This document shows, piece by piece, positions 35,875 through 47,000 of a stretch of DNA of 64,000 nucleotides. How positions within the stretch are numbered: the stretch's first letter is position 1; each line of letters starts with the position of its first letter. This stretch comes from Gemmatimonadota bacterium (GTDB taxonomy: Bacteria; Gemmatimonadota; Gemmatimonadetes; Gemmatimonadales; GWC2-71-9), in the NCBI GenBank assembly GCA_039586365.1, contig JBDHKN010000001.1, positions 64,001 through 128,000 of the forward strand. Reading direction: 5' to 3'. The notes below the pieces were generated by a model. That model saw nothing but the letters and a program-made list of their open reading frames with translations, was not told where the DNA came from and ran no database searches. The translations under genes were made by a program, and so were the position numbers.

Positions 35875-38421
35875 ATGTCGGTGCAATCCAAGATCCGAGA
35901 CCATTATCTCCCGCCGAATCCGGAGGAATACCTCCGGGCGGAGCCAGCCACTGGTCGAGTCATCGTTATCGCACCAACGCGAGCTGCATGTGAGACCATT
36001 GAACTGGCCATGCAGCTGAGTATCGAGACCGTGCTTGAGCGCGAGCACGGGTCGGAAATCCGACAGCTGGCGCGTCGGGGAGAAGGGTTCGGTATCATGG
36101 CCGGCACCGGAACGGGCAAGACTCTGAGTATTAGACCAATCGCCGCGGAGATCCTCCAGACGGAGCTCCGCGTGGGAGTAGTCAATCGGGAACGTGAGGC
36201 TACTCCTGAAACACCGACCTGGAATGTCGTGATAGTCACGACGGGCATAGCCCGACGCTGGTTCCAGGACAACCTGATAGTCCCTCAGGACACGTTGGTG
36301 GTTGATGAGATCCATCAAACCTCCGCGGAACTGGAACTATGCCTCGCACTCGGGAGGCGCGTTGGGTGTCGATTCATCTGGCTCTCCGCGACGGTGGATC
36401 CATCCTTCTATGCAGAGTACCTGAATTCATCTTCAGTACTGGAGACCACGGCCTTCGATCCGGAACGGGCCGCCCGGGTCGTGGTAAGAGCCACAGAGCC
36501 ACTTGAGTTCCTCGACACCAAGTTCGTTAGGAGGCTGGTGAAGGGAGGGCGAGGCGCTGCCGTCTTCTTACCGACACGCGCTGAAGTAGAGCAGGTGGCT
36601 GCAGAGTTGGGTTGGCGTTGGGACCGTCTCAACGCTGCCTTCTACCACGGTGGCGAGCCCATACGCGCGATTAGGCCCTTCTTGGAAGGAACGGCTGAGA
36701 AACCCTTCGTTCTAGCGATGACCCAAGCGGGACAGTCAGCGCTGAACATCCATGGTCTCGACACGGTAATCATATACGATGCCTGCTATAACACCGTTGT
36801 TGATAAGGGCCGCAGAGTACTCACTCGCCAGTACCTGGGGGCCAATGAGATCCTTCAGATGGCAGGCCGGGTCCACGGAAGAGTACCGAACGGTGAGGTC
36901 TATATTCTCACCGATCGCGAGGTCGATTTCCCATCCCTGATTCCAACACCGCCGGCATTTCAGCTCGCTGGTGACAGCGAGAGAGTTGCCCTCACGGCCG
37001 CGGCGCTGAACATCGATCTGGCTGAGCTGGACCTCCCTGTGCCGCTCGACCGCAAGGCCTACCGCGAGTCACTGAAACGACTTACCGCCAGGGGTCTGGT
37101 CAAGAATGGGCGTCTGACGAGCTATGGACACGACGTGGAGACTATGCCGGTGGACCGTCCCTGGGCAGAGCTGCTGGTACACGCTGACGACGACCTTATT
37201 CATTACGTGGCGGTCTGCGCCAACATCGATTCGCTACATCGGATGACCCGTGACGAGCCTGACCTGGGTGGGTTGATCGTTCCGGGTAGCGATCATTTGA
37301 CCGGCTACACCGTTTTCGCCGAAGCAGTGGAGAAGTGTGGCTTTCTGGGGCAGGTGTACGGCCTGGCGCGACACCTCTTCGTGGAGGAAGTGGATGACTG
37401 GGCTGAAAGGCGTGGCGTGTTGGTCAAGGTGCTGGAAGATACAGCCCTCGGGCTGGCGTCTGTGATGCGAACGCTTGAGAGGCCTTTGAGGCGAAAACTC
37501 CCGCACGTCACTCGGGAAGGTGTATTGCGTTTTCGCGACCTGGTCGCTCGCATCATGCCGTTTGAACTGGCAATCGAAAACGAGACGGTGAGCGGGGAAC
37601 GTGTCCGGCTCTCCCGGTCATCGGTATGCAGTGGGAACTCGGCAGTTGCAGGTACCGTGACCTATTTTGCGGATCGGTTCGGTATCCCGCGAGCAGCCAT
37701 AGAAGGAACCGACATCCCGTTTAGTCTCATCCAGAAATATGCGAGTCTGAGTACACCCACTGTGGAGTTCCGCAGCGGTTCCAAGCGGCCGGGACTATTC
37801 GTCACGCAGACCAAGGAGTACTTCGGCTTCGAACTGAGCCTTGAACATAGGCCGTTGACGGGCGAGTTCCCAAGCCAACTGGCGGAACGGTCTCGTGATG
37901 CGCTGGTTACAGGATTGCTGGCGGGCGCAACGTCGCACACCGACCAGCAGCGGCTCTCGAGGACGCTCAGTCGAATAAACGAATACTGGCGTCGGTCAGG
38001 AGGGACCCTGGAGGAGGTTCGGCCCGAGCGGGCGGAGCGGCTCCTCAGGGAGCAGGTGCAAAAGGTCGGGAGTTGGAATGAGTTCCTCAATACGGCGATA
38101 GGGCTTGATCTCGAGGGCTCAGTTCCGTTGTCTCGCAAGAGCGACCTGGACGCATTGCCAACGTCAGTTCGGTTGCTGGGCGATCGGGTCCCGCTCTGCT
38201 ACGACTTTGAAGCCGGACAACCGATCGTTCGGATCAGGTTGAGAGAGGGCCAAGCCAGAAGGCTCAGAGCACGCGACCTCCCTGGCCTGGACAGGCCTGT
38301 GAGGTTCAGTGTGTACCGGGGCAAGCGGGAGGTCGTTCGAGCTTCGTCCCTAGAAGAACTGCAGCAGCTCGTACGCGAGCTGCCCGACCACCGCCCGCGG
38401 AGACGTAGCCGCGGCCACTAG
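35875..38421 (+). CDS. DExH-box helicase (HrpA/HrpB-related, atypical motif order)
   Basis: AGTGTGKT, VTTG, VDEIH, LSAT, FLPTRAEV and QMAGRVHGR; winged-helix LTSYG segment. Confidence 0.88.
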   Translation: MSVQSKIRDHYLPPNPEEYLRAEPATGRVIVIAPTRAACETIELAMQLSIETVLEREHGSEIRQLARRGEGFGIMAGTGTGKTLSIRPIAAEILQTELRVGVVNREREATPETPTWNVVIVTTGIARRWFQDNLIVPQDTLVVDEIHQTSAELELCLALGRRVGCRFIWLSATVDPSFYAEYLNSSSVLETTAFDPERAARVVVRATEPLEFLDTKFVRRLVKGGRGAAVFLPTRAEVEQVAAELGWRWDRLNAAFYHGGEPIRAIRPFLEGTAEKPFVLAMTQAGQSALNIHGLDTVIIYDACYNTVVDKGRRVLTRQYLGANEILQMAGRVHGRVPNGEVYILTDREVDFPSLIPTPPAFQLAGDSERVALTAAALNIDLAELDLPVPLDRKAYRESLKRLTARGLVKNGRLTSYGHDVETMPVDRPWAELLVHADDDLIHYVAVCANIDSLHRMTRDEPDLGGLIVPGSDHLTGYTVFAEAVEKCGFLGQVYGLARHLFVEEVDDWAERRGVLVKVLEDTALGLASVMRTLERPLRRKLPHVTREGVLRFRDLVARIMPFELAIENETVSGERVRLSRSSVCSGNSAVAGTVTYFADRFGIPRAAIEGTDIPFSLIQKYASLSTPTVEFRSGSKRPGLFVTQTKEYFGFELSLEHRPLTGEFPSQLAERSRDALVTGLLAGATSHTDQQRLSRTLSRINEYWRRSGGTLEEVRPERAERLLREQVQKVGSWNEFLNTAIGLDLEGSVPLSRKSDLDALPTSVRLLGDRVPLCYDFEAGQPIVRIRLREGQARRLRARDLPGLDRPVRFSVYRGKREVVRASSLEELQQLVRELPDHRPRRRSRGH

Positions 38422-39002
38422 CCACGCCCAGTAGTCAGATTGAGAATACCTAACCATGCCGCAGCGTAGGCACCTTCCAGTTCTGTCCTGTTCGCTCCGC
38501 TCAACAGTTGTAGCCCCATCCCGTTCAGCACCGCTCCCAGCAGCCAACCAATCTCGTTGGCGGGTACAGTTAGCGCCAAGTCCATTCTGTCCCGCAGCAT
38601 TCGTACTAGTGCATCCCCAAGCGAGTGGCTGAACTCGCTATACATAGTTTTGGCCGTCTGGTCAGTCAATAGATCTTCGCGACTGAGCAGTGAGTTCCAG
38701 GCTCGTATAGTGCCGGATTCTGACTCTTCGGTCAGTAACGTCCAGGTGCGTTCCAGCGCGGCCGTGGGTGTCTCGGCATCGAACGCCGCCGACCAACTTC
38801 TAGCTCTCGCCGCTGCTATCCGATAGGCCACCGCCTTCATGAGTCCCTGCTTAGTCTTGAAATGGTAGTGGATCAGACCCTTTGCCACGCCGGTCGATCG
38901 GGCCACGTCTTCAACCGTGACCGGTTCAGACCCTTTCCGCTTCACTAGTTCCTCGGCCTTTTCCAAGATACCTTCCCTCGCCTGCCCTCTTCGTGCCACC
39001 AT
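38418..39002 (-). CDS. TetR/AcrR family transcriptional regulator
   Basis: TVEDVARSTGVAKGLIHYHFKTK HTH; AGGAGG RBS. Confidence 0.9.
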   Translation of the reverse strand: MVARRGQAREGILEKAEELVKRKGSEPVTVEDVARSTGVAKGLIHYHFKTKQGLMKAVAYRIAAARARSWSAAFDAETPTAALERTWTLLTEESESGTIRAWNSLLSREDLLTDQTAKTMYSEFSHSLGDALVRMLRDRMDLALTVPANEIGWLLGAVLNGMGLQLLSGANRTELEGAYAAAWLGILNLTTGRG

Positions 39003-39064
39003 GGCTTACCTCCTAACTGGCTGACCAGACAATATGGGACGAGTGGGCGTCCGTCGGCAATACT

Positions 39065-39078
39065 TGACTAGGCGGTCA
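39065..39078. promoter_or_regulatory. Candidate TetR operator TGACT-AGGC-GGTCA
   Basis: Imperfect palindrome in the divergent promoter region between tetR and the PAS-Fis gene. Confidence 0.45.
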
Positions 39079-39186
39079 CGTTTGGTGAGTTGGCGTCCCC
39101 GGGTGGCCGGACCTTGCGGACGGTTAATTCTGAAACCTGTGGTCTCTTGGCAGCGTACAGACTGTTGCACAACCATAGGGAGTGCG

Positions 39187-39630
39187 ATGACCGTGTCTTC
39201 TGTCTTCTCTCCGCTTGTCCGTGCGGTAATCGACTCTTTTACAGAGGGAGTGATCGTCTTCGATCACCAGGGCGCCATCGTCTACGCAAACTGTCATGCC
39301 GAGGCGGCACTGAGGACGTTGGACGGCGAGGCCGGGCGAGAGGAGAAGGTGCTGTGGCCGCAGTTAGCACGGTTGGGGGCCCGGATCGCACCGCTCAAAG
39401 TGGGTGAACTGCAGGTGGGGGAGGCGATATTCATACCGGCGAGCGAAACGAGGGCCAGCACTCTGGCGGACAGAGAGCGAAGCGCAATCTTGGAGACTCT
39501 GGAGCAGACGGGGTGGAGGTTGGCTGAGAGCGCGCGCAGGCTGGGCATCTCGAGGACAACACTGTGGCGCCGCCTCAAAGAGTACGGTCTGCAGCAGGAC
39601 GGTGGCGGCGGATGGTCGCAGGTGTTCTAA
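39187..39630 (+). CDS. Small PAS-like plus Fis-type HTH protein with no AAA+ domain
   Basis: VIDSFTEGVIVFDHQGAIVYAN (PAS start); TLADRERSAILETLEQTGW..ESARRLGISRTTLWRRLKEYG (Fis HTH); GGGAG RBS. Confidence 0.85.
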   Translation: MTVSSVFSPLVRAVIDSFTEGVIVFDHQGAIVYANCHAEAALRTLDGEAGREEKVLWPQLARLGARIAPLKVGELQVGEAIFIPASETRASTLADRERSAILETLEQTGWRLAESARRLGISRTTLWRRLKEYGLQQDGGGGWSQVF

Positions 39631-41590
39631 CAGGTCTTCTCCTTATCACATCTCCCCAACAGGGAGACTCCTCCACTTTTAGAGACGGCGCAACGGCCGA
39701 ACTGTACGCCAGGGCGCGGGTGCGGCACGTGAGACAGAACTCTCTGGTGCGTGATTACAGGGCCACTGTGCGGACACGGATGGACGTTACTGCGGGCCGC
39801 AGTCGCTTCTCACGTCAGACAGCCCTTCTCGTACATGAGACGGTAGCGCTCGTCACCTGGCGTGCTCCCAACGATCTCAAAGTGGAAGCGCTGGGGGCCC
39901 GGTCCGCGGCCCCGGTATTCGGCATTGTCGCGGACATGGGCGCGGGAGCTGACCGGGAGCTGAGGGAGGATTTCCGGCAGGAAGTTCTACTCGACCGACC
40001 ATGGTTCATTCCGCGAGCGTTCGGTGACAGTATCACGCTCATGGGCGTGCCCGAACACGCCGCGGTGCATCCATTAGCTTCAGGCGCATCGGAGTTCTAC
40101 CGGTACGCGATCGTCGACTCCCTCACGCTTGTCGTTCCGGGCCGGACAGTCAGGGCTATCAGGATGGACGTTCGGCCCAAGTCACCTGGAGCTTCGCTGG
40201 TTGCTGGCGAGATGTGGATCGATGGCGAATCGGCGGATGTGGTTCGCTTGGTGGTTGTCTTTATAGGGGAGCGGCTCTGGTCGGCTGAAAGGGGAGACTT
40301 GCCGCGCGACAGTGCGGTGGCCAGCAGAGACAACCAATGGGCGAATCGCTTCATTGACGTAGAAGCCGAAGTCGAGTACGCCCTGATCGAAGGCAGATAT
40401 TGGCTGCCACACCGGCAGTTGCTCGCCATCACTGTTGACATTCCCTGGTTCATCAATGCCTCGCTGCCGGCCCGCGCCGTGTCGACCTTCATTCGCTGCT
40501 GGCATACCCGTGGGACCGAGAGTTCGACGTCTCAAAGGACGAGGAAGAGCACAAGAGATTGCGAGAGTCTCTGGTTTCGTTGGCCAACATCTCCGAAGCA
40601 CTGCCTCCTGAGTGGATCGGACGACGGTCCTTCCATCTCGCATGGGAAGACTTTGCGGACGTGGCTCAGTACAATCGAGTTCAGGGAGGGTCAGCTGGAG
40701 TGGGTGTACAGCTTCGTCCGGGACCGGTGTTCACCAGTGTGCTGGCCATGGGTCGATTCGCTTTTGGCGACTTGAGACCCACTGCATCGGTAGTGTGGCG
40801 ACGGGACAGTCCTGGTGGGCGTCTCGATTTGGCCGCATACGCTGACGTCAAGGAGGTGGAGCCGTGGACACGGGGCCTGGGTATGGGGAACTCGCTGAAC
40901 GCAATGTTCGCAGGTCACGATGACGCAGACTACTATCTGGTTTTGGGGGGTGGCTTCACCTATCGGTGGTACCGTGGTCCCTTAACCGATGTCGAGTTCG
41001 GAGCCTACATAGAGCGCCATGAATCCAAGACAACCGAAGTTCGGCCGCTCGTACCCGGTCTGTTTTCCGAGGCTACTTTCAGACCAAATCCGCCAGTGGT
41101 GGAAGGGGGCTTTGCGCGCGTCAGCGTGAGGCACGTGGGGCCTGTGGGTTTCATGGAAGTGCGCCAGGGAGCGGATCTCGTCGCGGGCGGGGATAGCTTG
41201 GGAGCACGGCTTTGGGCATCAGCGTCGACTCGGTTCAGAGTGCTTGGGCGAGGTAGCGCCTTCACAGTCCGCGCAGGGATCGTGCGAGGCGATGAGTTGC
41301 CGCAGCTCAACTTCAGTGTAGGTGGTCAGCAGACAGTGAGAGGGTATGAGTATGGTCGCCGCCGGGGTCGCGAGTTCTGGTCTGCCCAGCTTGACTACGC
41401 GCTCCGGAATTCCATAGGGTTCACACCGGTGTTGTTTGTAGATGTGGGCGATACGTTCGATTCGAATCCACTCCTCAGTACGGGTGTGGGAATATCGCTG
41501 CTCAACGGGCTGTTTCGATTCGATTTGTCAAAGGGATTGCGGCCGTCCAGTGACGTTAGGTTCGACCTTGTGGTAGGCTCGCTGCGCTGA
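39612..41590 (+). pseudogene. Outer-membrane protein with C-terminal Omp85/ShlB-like beta-barrel, split at about 40490 (ORFs 39612-40775 and 40559-41590); possibly an assembly artefact
   Basis: Signal peptide; coding signal switches frame at about 40490; VGGQQTVRGYEYG (VRGY motif) and terminal beta strands. Confidence 0.7.
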
Positions 41591-41689
41591 GCAATTCAGC
41601 AGCTTCACGCGATCGACTCGGCGCTTCTCAGTGGTGCTTCAGTAGTTCGCTCTTTCGCATATCCTGACTGCTGTCTAGCTTCCGCGACC

Positions 41690-42160
41690 ATGGTACGTGG
41701 GCCGTTCACAATCGATGAGTACGTCCGCTGGTCGGACGTAGACCGCGCAGGGATTATCTTCTACGGTGCGTACGTTCGTTTTTTCGAGATCGCCGAGATG
41801 GAGCTCTTGCGCGAGGCTGGCGGTTCCTATAGTGAGGTGCTCGACAAGTTCGACATAGACCTGCCGCGAGTTCATTTGCGTTGTGACTTCAAATACCCCG
41901 CCCGCCTCGATGATCAGCTCAGAGTGGCAGCCTACTTCACACGATTCGGCACAACGTCGCTGGGAATCAACTTTGACGTTATACATCTCGGAACTGGTAA
42001 GTTCGCAGCCTTGGGCCACGAAATCTTAGTCTGTACTGATCGGAACGTGACGCAATCGCGACCGGTGCCAGCAGACCTCCTGGAACTCCTCATGCCCTAT
42101 CAGTGCGACGAAGCCGAGGTTCGAGCATTGCTATCCGGGATGGCTGGCGAGATACGATGA
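41690..42160 (+). CDS. Acyl-CoA thioesterase (YbgC/4HBT hotdog family)
   Basis: VRWSDVDRAGIIFYGAYVRFFEIAE and FKYPARLDD. Confidence 0.9.
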   Translation: MVRGPFTIDEYVRWSDVDRAGIIFYGAYVRFFEIAEMELLREAGGSYSEVLDKFDIDLPRVHLRCDFKYPARLDDQLRVAAYFTRFGTTSLGINFDVIHLGTGKFAALGHEILVCTDRNVTQSRPVPADLLELLMPYQCDEAEVRALLSGMAGEIR

Positions 42161-42810
42161 AACTAGTGATGCCCGTGCTTGCAGCTGCTCTGCTCTCTGC
42201 GTGCGGTGCAGAGACTGTGTCAGAGGACGAGGAAATAGTCATACCGGATAGAAGGAATCGTTTGACCGTGGAGCAACTGCCCGCGATGCCTGAATATCCT
42301 GTTGCGGAGCAAGGGCATCTGGTTGCGGTGAGTGCTGGTGATTTCACCATGGAGGGGAGCTGGCCGGCCCAGGTCGGCGTTTGTGAACCAGCCGGCCCGC
42401 TCGAACTGTATACGGACGACCTGCGCCGGGGCACGGCTGTTGTGCTCCATTTTGCGGAGCATCGAGTAGAGGGTACCTATGCAGTTCTCTCACCAGACTC
42501 TGCAGTCGGGCAAGAACGTGTGGCGCACATAGGTGTTCAGCTATATCGTGACCGTCAAGCGTTCGGATTTCGAGCGATCGACGGTCAGCTGGTGGTGTCT
42601 GATTTTGGCGATCACCTTAGTGGCCGTTTCGCCACTACGATCCGTGAAACGCAGAACGAGATTCTGACGAGATACGTCGGCGTCTTTACGAAGCTCCCGG
42701 TCGAGCGACTGACGGTTGATTATTGTCTTTCTCTTCGTGCTGACACCCTGGCTGTGCCAGGGACCGCAGAGGACACTGCGGCTGCTGAACCTGACGGGGG
42801 GCGTCAGTAG
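42157..42810 (+). CDS. Hypothetical lipoprotein
   Basis: MKLVMPVLAAALLSA-C lipobox; ATGA overlap with the thioesterase gene. Confidence 0.8.
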   Translation: MKLVMPVLAAALLSACGAETVSEDEEIVIPDRRNRLTVEQLPAMPEYPVAEQGHLVAVSAGDFTMEGSWPAQVGVCEPAGPLELYTDDLRRGTAVVLHFAEHRVEGTYAVLSPDSAVGQERVAHIGVQLYRDRQAFGFRAIDGQLVVSDFGDHLSGRFATTIRETQNEILTRYVGVFTKLPVERLTVDYCLSLRADTLAVPGTAEDTAAAEPDGGRQ

Positions 42811-42815
42811 ATAGG

Positions 42816-44012
42816 ATGGAGCAGACCTACTTTCGTAAGGGCTTTGGCCTGAGGGGAGAGATTGCTGGCTCCCTCTCCCATGACTATCACAGCGCGCTGG
42901 TCGACAGCATCCGCAATAGTGGCTATGCATTGACCGTCGGTGGATTGACGATTCGACTGGCCAAAGAGTTCGGATTCTGCTACGGTGTCGACCGGGCGGT
43001 AGAGTACGCATACGAGACGAGAACCAAGTTCCCGTCTAAAAGCATCTTCTTGATCGGCGAGATCATACACAATCCGCACGTCAACAAACGTCTTGAGGCC
43101 ATGGGGATTACGATCCTGCAGCCACAGGCGAATGGGCAGTTTGACTACTCTCCAGTTGCGCGCGACGATGTCGTGATCATCCCGGCGTTTGGCGTGCCAC
43201 TCAGTGACTTCGAGTATCTACACAAGCTGGGTTGCCCTTTGGTCGATACGACCTGTGGCTCTGTCCTGAACGTGTGGAAGCGAGTGGAGCGATACGCGAA
43301 GGACGGTTTCACGGCCCTCGTGCACGGAAAGGAGTTTCACGAAGAGACAAAGGCCACGACTAGTCAGGTTGCGAAGTATTCGGATGGCAAGTACATCGTC
43401 GTGCGAGATATGAAGGAGACAGAAGTAGTCTGCAGCTTCATTGAGGGAAGTGGTGATGCTACTGAACTGGAGAGGCGCTTCCGTGGCAAGGTGTCAGACG
43501 GTTTCTGTTTCGATCGAGACCTAGTGAAGGTAGGGATCGCGAATCAGACAACAATGCTAGCGGCGGAATCGCTCGCGATCGCGGAGCGTGTGGGCCAGGC
43601 TCTTGGCAAGAAGTACGGTGCCGACATGCTTGATGAACACTTTCGGTCATTTGATACGATCTGCTCGGCAACGCAGGAACGCCAGGATGCAGTGCTCGAG
43701 TTGATAGAGGAGCCAATCGATGTGATGATCGTGATTGGTGGTTACAACTCGAGCAACACAAATCACCTCGCCAAGATCTGTTCAGCCAAGCGACGCACGT
43801 ACCATATCGCCGACGCGTCGTGTATCGATCCTGAGAGTGGGGCGATCCGGTACAAGCCCGTGCTCCAAGTCGACGAAGTACAGCAGGAGAACTGGATCGA
43901 TGAATCGGTGCGAATGGTGGGAATCACGGCTGGCGCGTCGACCCCGAACAACAAGATTGGGGAGGCCATCGAGCGAGTGTTACGCACGAAGGGCTTAGTA
44001 ATCCCGATCTAG
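42816..44012 (+). CDS. ispH: 4-hydroxy-3-methylbut-2-enyl diphosphate reductase
   Basis: FGFCYGVDRAV, IIHNP, DTTC, NQTT, DTICSATQERQ, GGYNSSNT and GITAGASTP. Confidence 0.96.
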   Translation: MEQTYFRKGFGLRGEIAGSLSHDYHSALVDSIRNSGYALTVGGLTIRLAKEFGFCYGVDRAVEYAYETRTKFPSKSIFLIGEIIHNPHVNKRLEAMGITILQPQANGQFDYSPVARDDVVIIPAFGVPLSDFEYLHKLGCPLVDTTCGSVLNVWKRVERYAKDGFTALVHGKEFHEETKATTSQVAKYSDGKYIVVRDMKETEVVCSFIEGSGDATELERRFRGKVSDGFCFDRDLVKVGIANQTTMLAAESLAIAERVGQALGKKYGADMLDEHFRSFDTICSATQERQDAVLELIEEPIDVMIVIGGYNSSNTNHLAKICSAKRRTYHIADASCIDPESGAIRYKPVLQVDEVQQENWIDESVRMVGITAGASTPNNKIGEAIERVLRTKGLVIPI

Positions 44013-47000
44013 CCCCAGTCCCTAGATCCAGGAGCTGAGCGACGAAGGCTTCTGAGGAACGAGTAAGGGGAGGGTGTTGTGGACGTGTCTGGAGTGGTTA
44101 GAGGTGCCAAGCGCGGATGTCGTAGTCGGAGAGGCCGCACCTCCTCCGCTATCACGTTCACCGTGCCATCGTCCTTCGCCAGTCTTCCTACAATCCATAT
44201 GAACGGTTCTTCTCGGATAGTGACACGGCACTGGTCGTAGAGATCCGGGTGGACGATAGCGTTTATCATACCAGCTTCGTCCTCAAGTAGAATGAATGTG
44301 AAACCTTTTGCCGTGCCGGGTCTTTGTCGTGCCACCACGAGACCAGCGACGTGCACTGGGATATTGTGTTCGCTATCTGCCAACTGATCACTGCGGACAA
44401 CTTCAGATGGTAACGCATCGGCTAGGAGGCTGAACGGATGACCGCTCGCAGCAAACCCAAGAACCTGGTACTCAGCCAAGAGTCGCTCTTCACTTGGTAC
44501 ATCACCAAATGGCAGATTCTCGTGAGGATGATCCAATGGCAGTTCTAACTGCCGCCTCACACGGTTCTTGTTAGCTCGATCAGCTTTTGGGGGTAGCCAC
44601 AATCCCACTTGCCATAGTAGGTCACGTCGAGTGAGTCCAAACGAATCGCAGCCCCCAACCCACACCAGGTTTTCGATGGCATCCCGCAACAACCGGGGTG
44701 GGGCGCGACGTACAAAGTCACCGAGGCTGAGGTAGGGGCCATTACGTTCACGTTCTACAACGGTCGCGTCGGCAACATCGAGCCCCCAGTCGCGTATGAA
44801 CGAAAAGCCGATGCGTATCGCATCTCCCTCGACTGTGCAATAGACACTGCTACAATTGATGTCGGGGAGCTTCACCTCTACATCATGGCGCGCCGCGTCT
44901 CGACCGAGGGCGTCGAGTGAGTAAAAACCCATTGGCTGATTGTTGAAGAGCGCGGTGTAGTACTCGATGGGGTAGTAGTGACGTAGCCAAGCGGACTGAT
45001 ACGCAAGCAGACCGAACGCAGCTGCATGAGACTTGGGAAAACCGAATTCTGAGAAGGCTATTACCTGCTCAAAGACTCGTTGCGCAATTGCTTCGCTCAC
45101 ACCTCTTGTGGCGGCACCATCACGGAACTCCTCCCAGAACCCTTCCATCAATTCACGAGAGCGTCGGCGGCTCATTGCGCGCCGTAGTGCTTCTCCCTGC
45201 CCGGCGCTAAACCCTGCCAGGGCTTGGCAAACTTGCAGCACTTGATCCTGATAGATAATCACTCCCAATGTCTCGGCCAGTGGCTCCTTGAGCAATGGAT
45301 GATCTAACGGGGGCTCATAAGAAATGTTGCGAGAGCAGGCTGCGCGCTGTGCCTCGCGCCGGCGCACGAAGGGGTTCACTGCTCCACCGACTATCGGACC
45401 AGGGCGTACAATAGCGACTTCTACGCAAAGATCCTCCAGGTTGCGCGGTCGAGTGCGTCGGATCATCTGTATCTGCGCGCGACTCTCTATCTGGAAGGTC
45501 CCTACTGTGTCGCCAGTGCAAATCTGATCGTATACAGCTTCGTCAGTGAAGTCGATCCGACTCAGGTCCGGTGGTGTACCCTCACGTTCAGCGATCAATT
45601 CAACGGACTCCTCAACCAGAGAGAGCATGCCCAGTGCCAGGAAATCGATCTTGATGAACCGTGCATCGTCACAGGAGTCCTTGTCCCATTGACACACGAC
45701 CCGGTCAGGCATGGCAGAGCGTTCCAAGGGGACCAACTCGAGCAAAGGACGACTGGAGATGATCATGCCGCCTACATGTTGTGAGATATGCCGTGGCAGG
45801 TCCGCGATTTCCGCTGCCAGACGACACAGATCCCGCCAAAGAGGAGCATCCACTCGGCCTGCAAAGGCAGGCAACTTCTGCAGCTCGTTGCGCAGTTCGG
45901 TTGCTGGGCTGTGTCCGACAAGTCGTGCAATCTGTTCGATTTCTCCGCGGGGTAGGTCGAGAACCTTCCCGAGTTCACGCACAGCAGATCGAATGCGGTA
46001 AGTGGGAAAAGTACAAACCAAGCCAACGTGTTCGGATCCGTATCGCTGGTAAACACGTCGGATCAATTCCTCCCGAATGTCGCGGGGGAAGTCCAAGTCG
46101 ATGTCGGGTACAGATGCGAGCGATTCGTTGAGAAATCGGCCGAGGAAGAGCCTGTTGCTGATTGGATCGATGTGCGATAGCCCAAGGAAATAGCAGACTA
46201 CGGATGAAACCGACGAGCCGCGTCCGCGGCCCGGTAGCAGATTGCCTCTAGCCCGTTGCGATCCACGTCGCACATCTGCTGCCACCTCGCGTGCCAGCTC
46301 CAGTAGATCGTGGTAGACGAGAAAGAAGCCACATAGTCCATGATGTTCGATGAGCTTTAGTTCCTGCTCCATTCTGCTCTCGGCCTCGGCGCGATGGGGC
46401 GACTCGGGAGAAAAGAGCTCTTCGAGTTTGGTTCGTGACAAGTCGGCTAGTGCCCGAGCGGCAGTCTGCTGGGTGGAACCGCGAAAGTCAGGGAAAGTGT
46501 ACCCAAGGTCCTTGGTTAGATCGAAAGAAGCACAGCGTTGTGCAATCACGAGGGTATTGGCGATAGCGTCAGGTCGGTCATGGAATGCTGCCGCTACAGC
46601 TGTAGGTGTCCGAAGATAAAACTGGCAGTTAGGACGGCGGATATCGTGTGAGGTGTCGAGTGTCGTACGATTACGGATTGCTATCAAGGCATCGTGTAAG
46701 CGGTATCGCTCGCGGCGGTGGTAGTGAACGTTACCTGTCGCGACCACGTGCAGTCCGGCAGTGTCAGCGATATTGGACAAGGTGCGGGTGAGCGTCTGGT
46801 CGCCTCGTACAAGATTGCGCTGCAGCTCGACAAAGAAACTGTCTCGTCCAAATACCGCGCGACAACGGTCCGCAAGCTGACAAGCAGCCTTGAGACCTTC
46901 TTGCTGAAGTACGCGAGGGATAATGCCGTTGCGGCAACCTGATAGTATGATTAGGCCCGCATGCCGTTGTTCCAGTGAAGTGAAACTGAGGCGCGGATCA

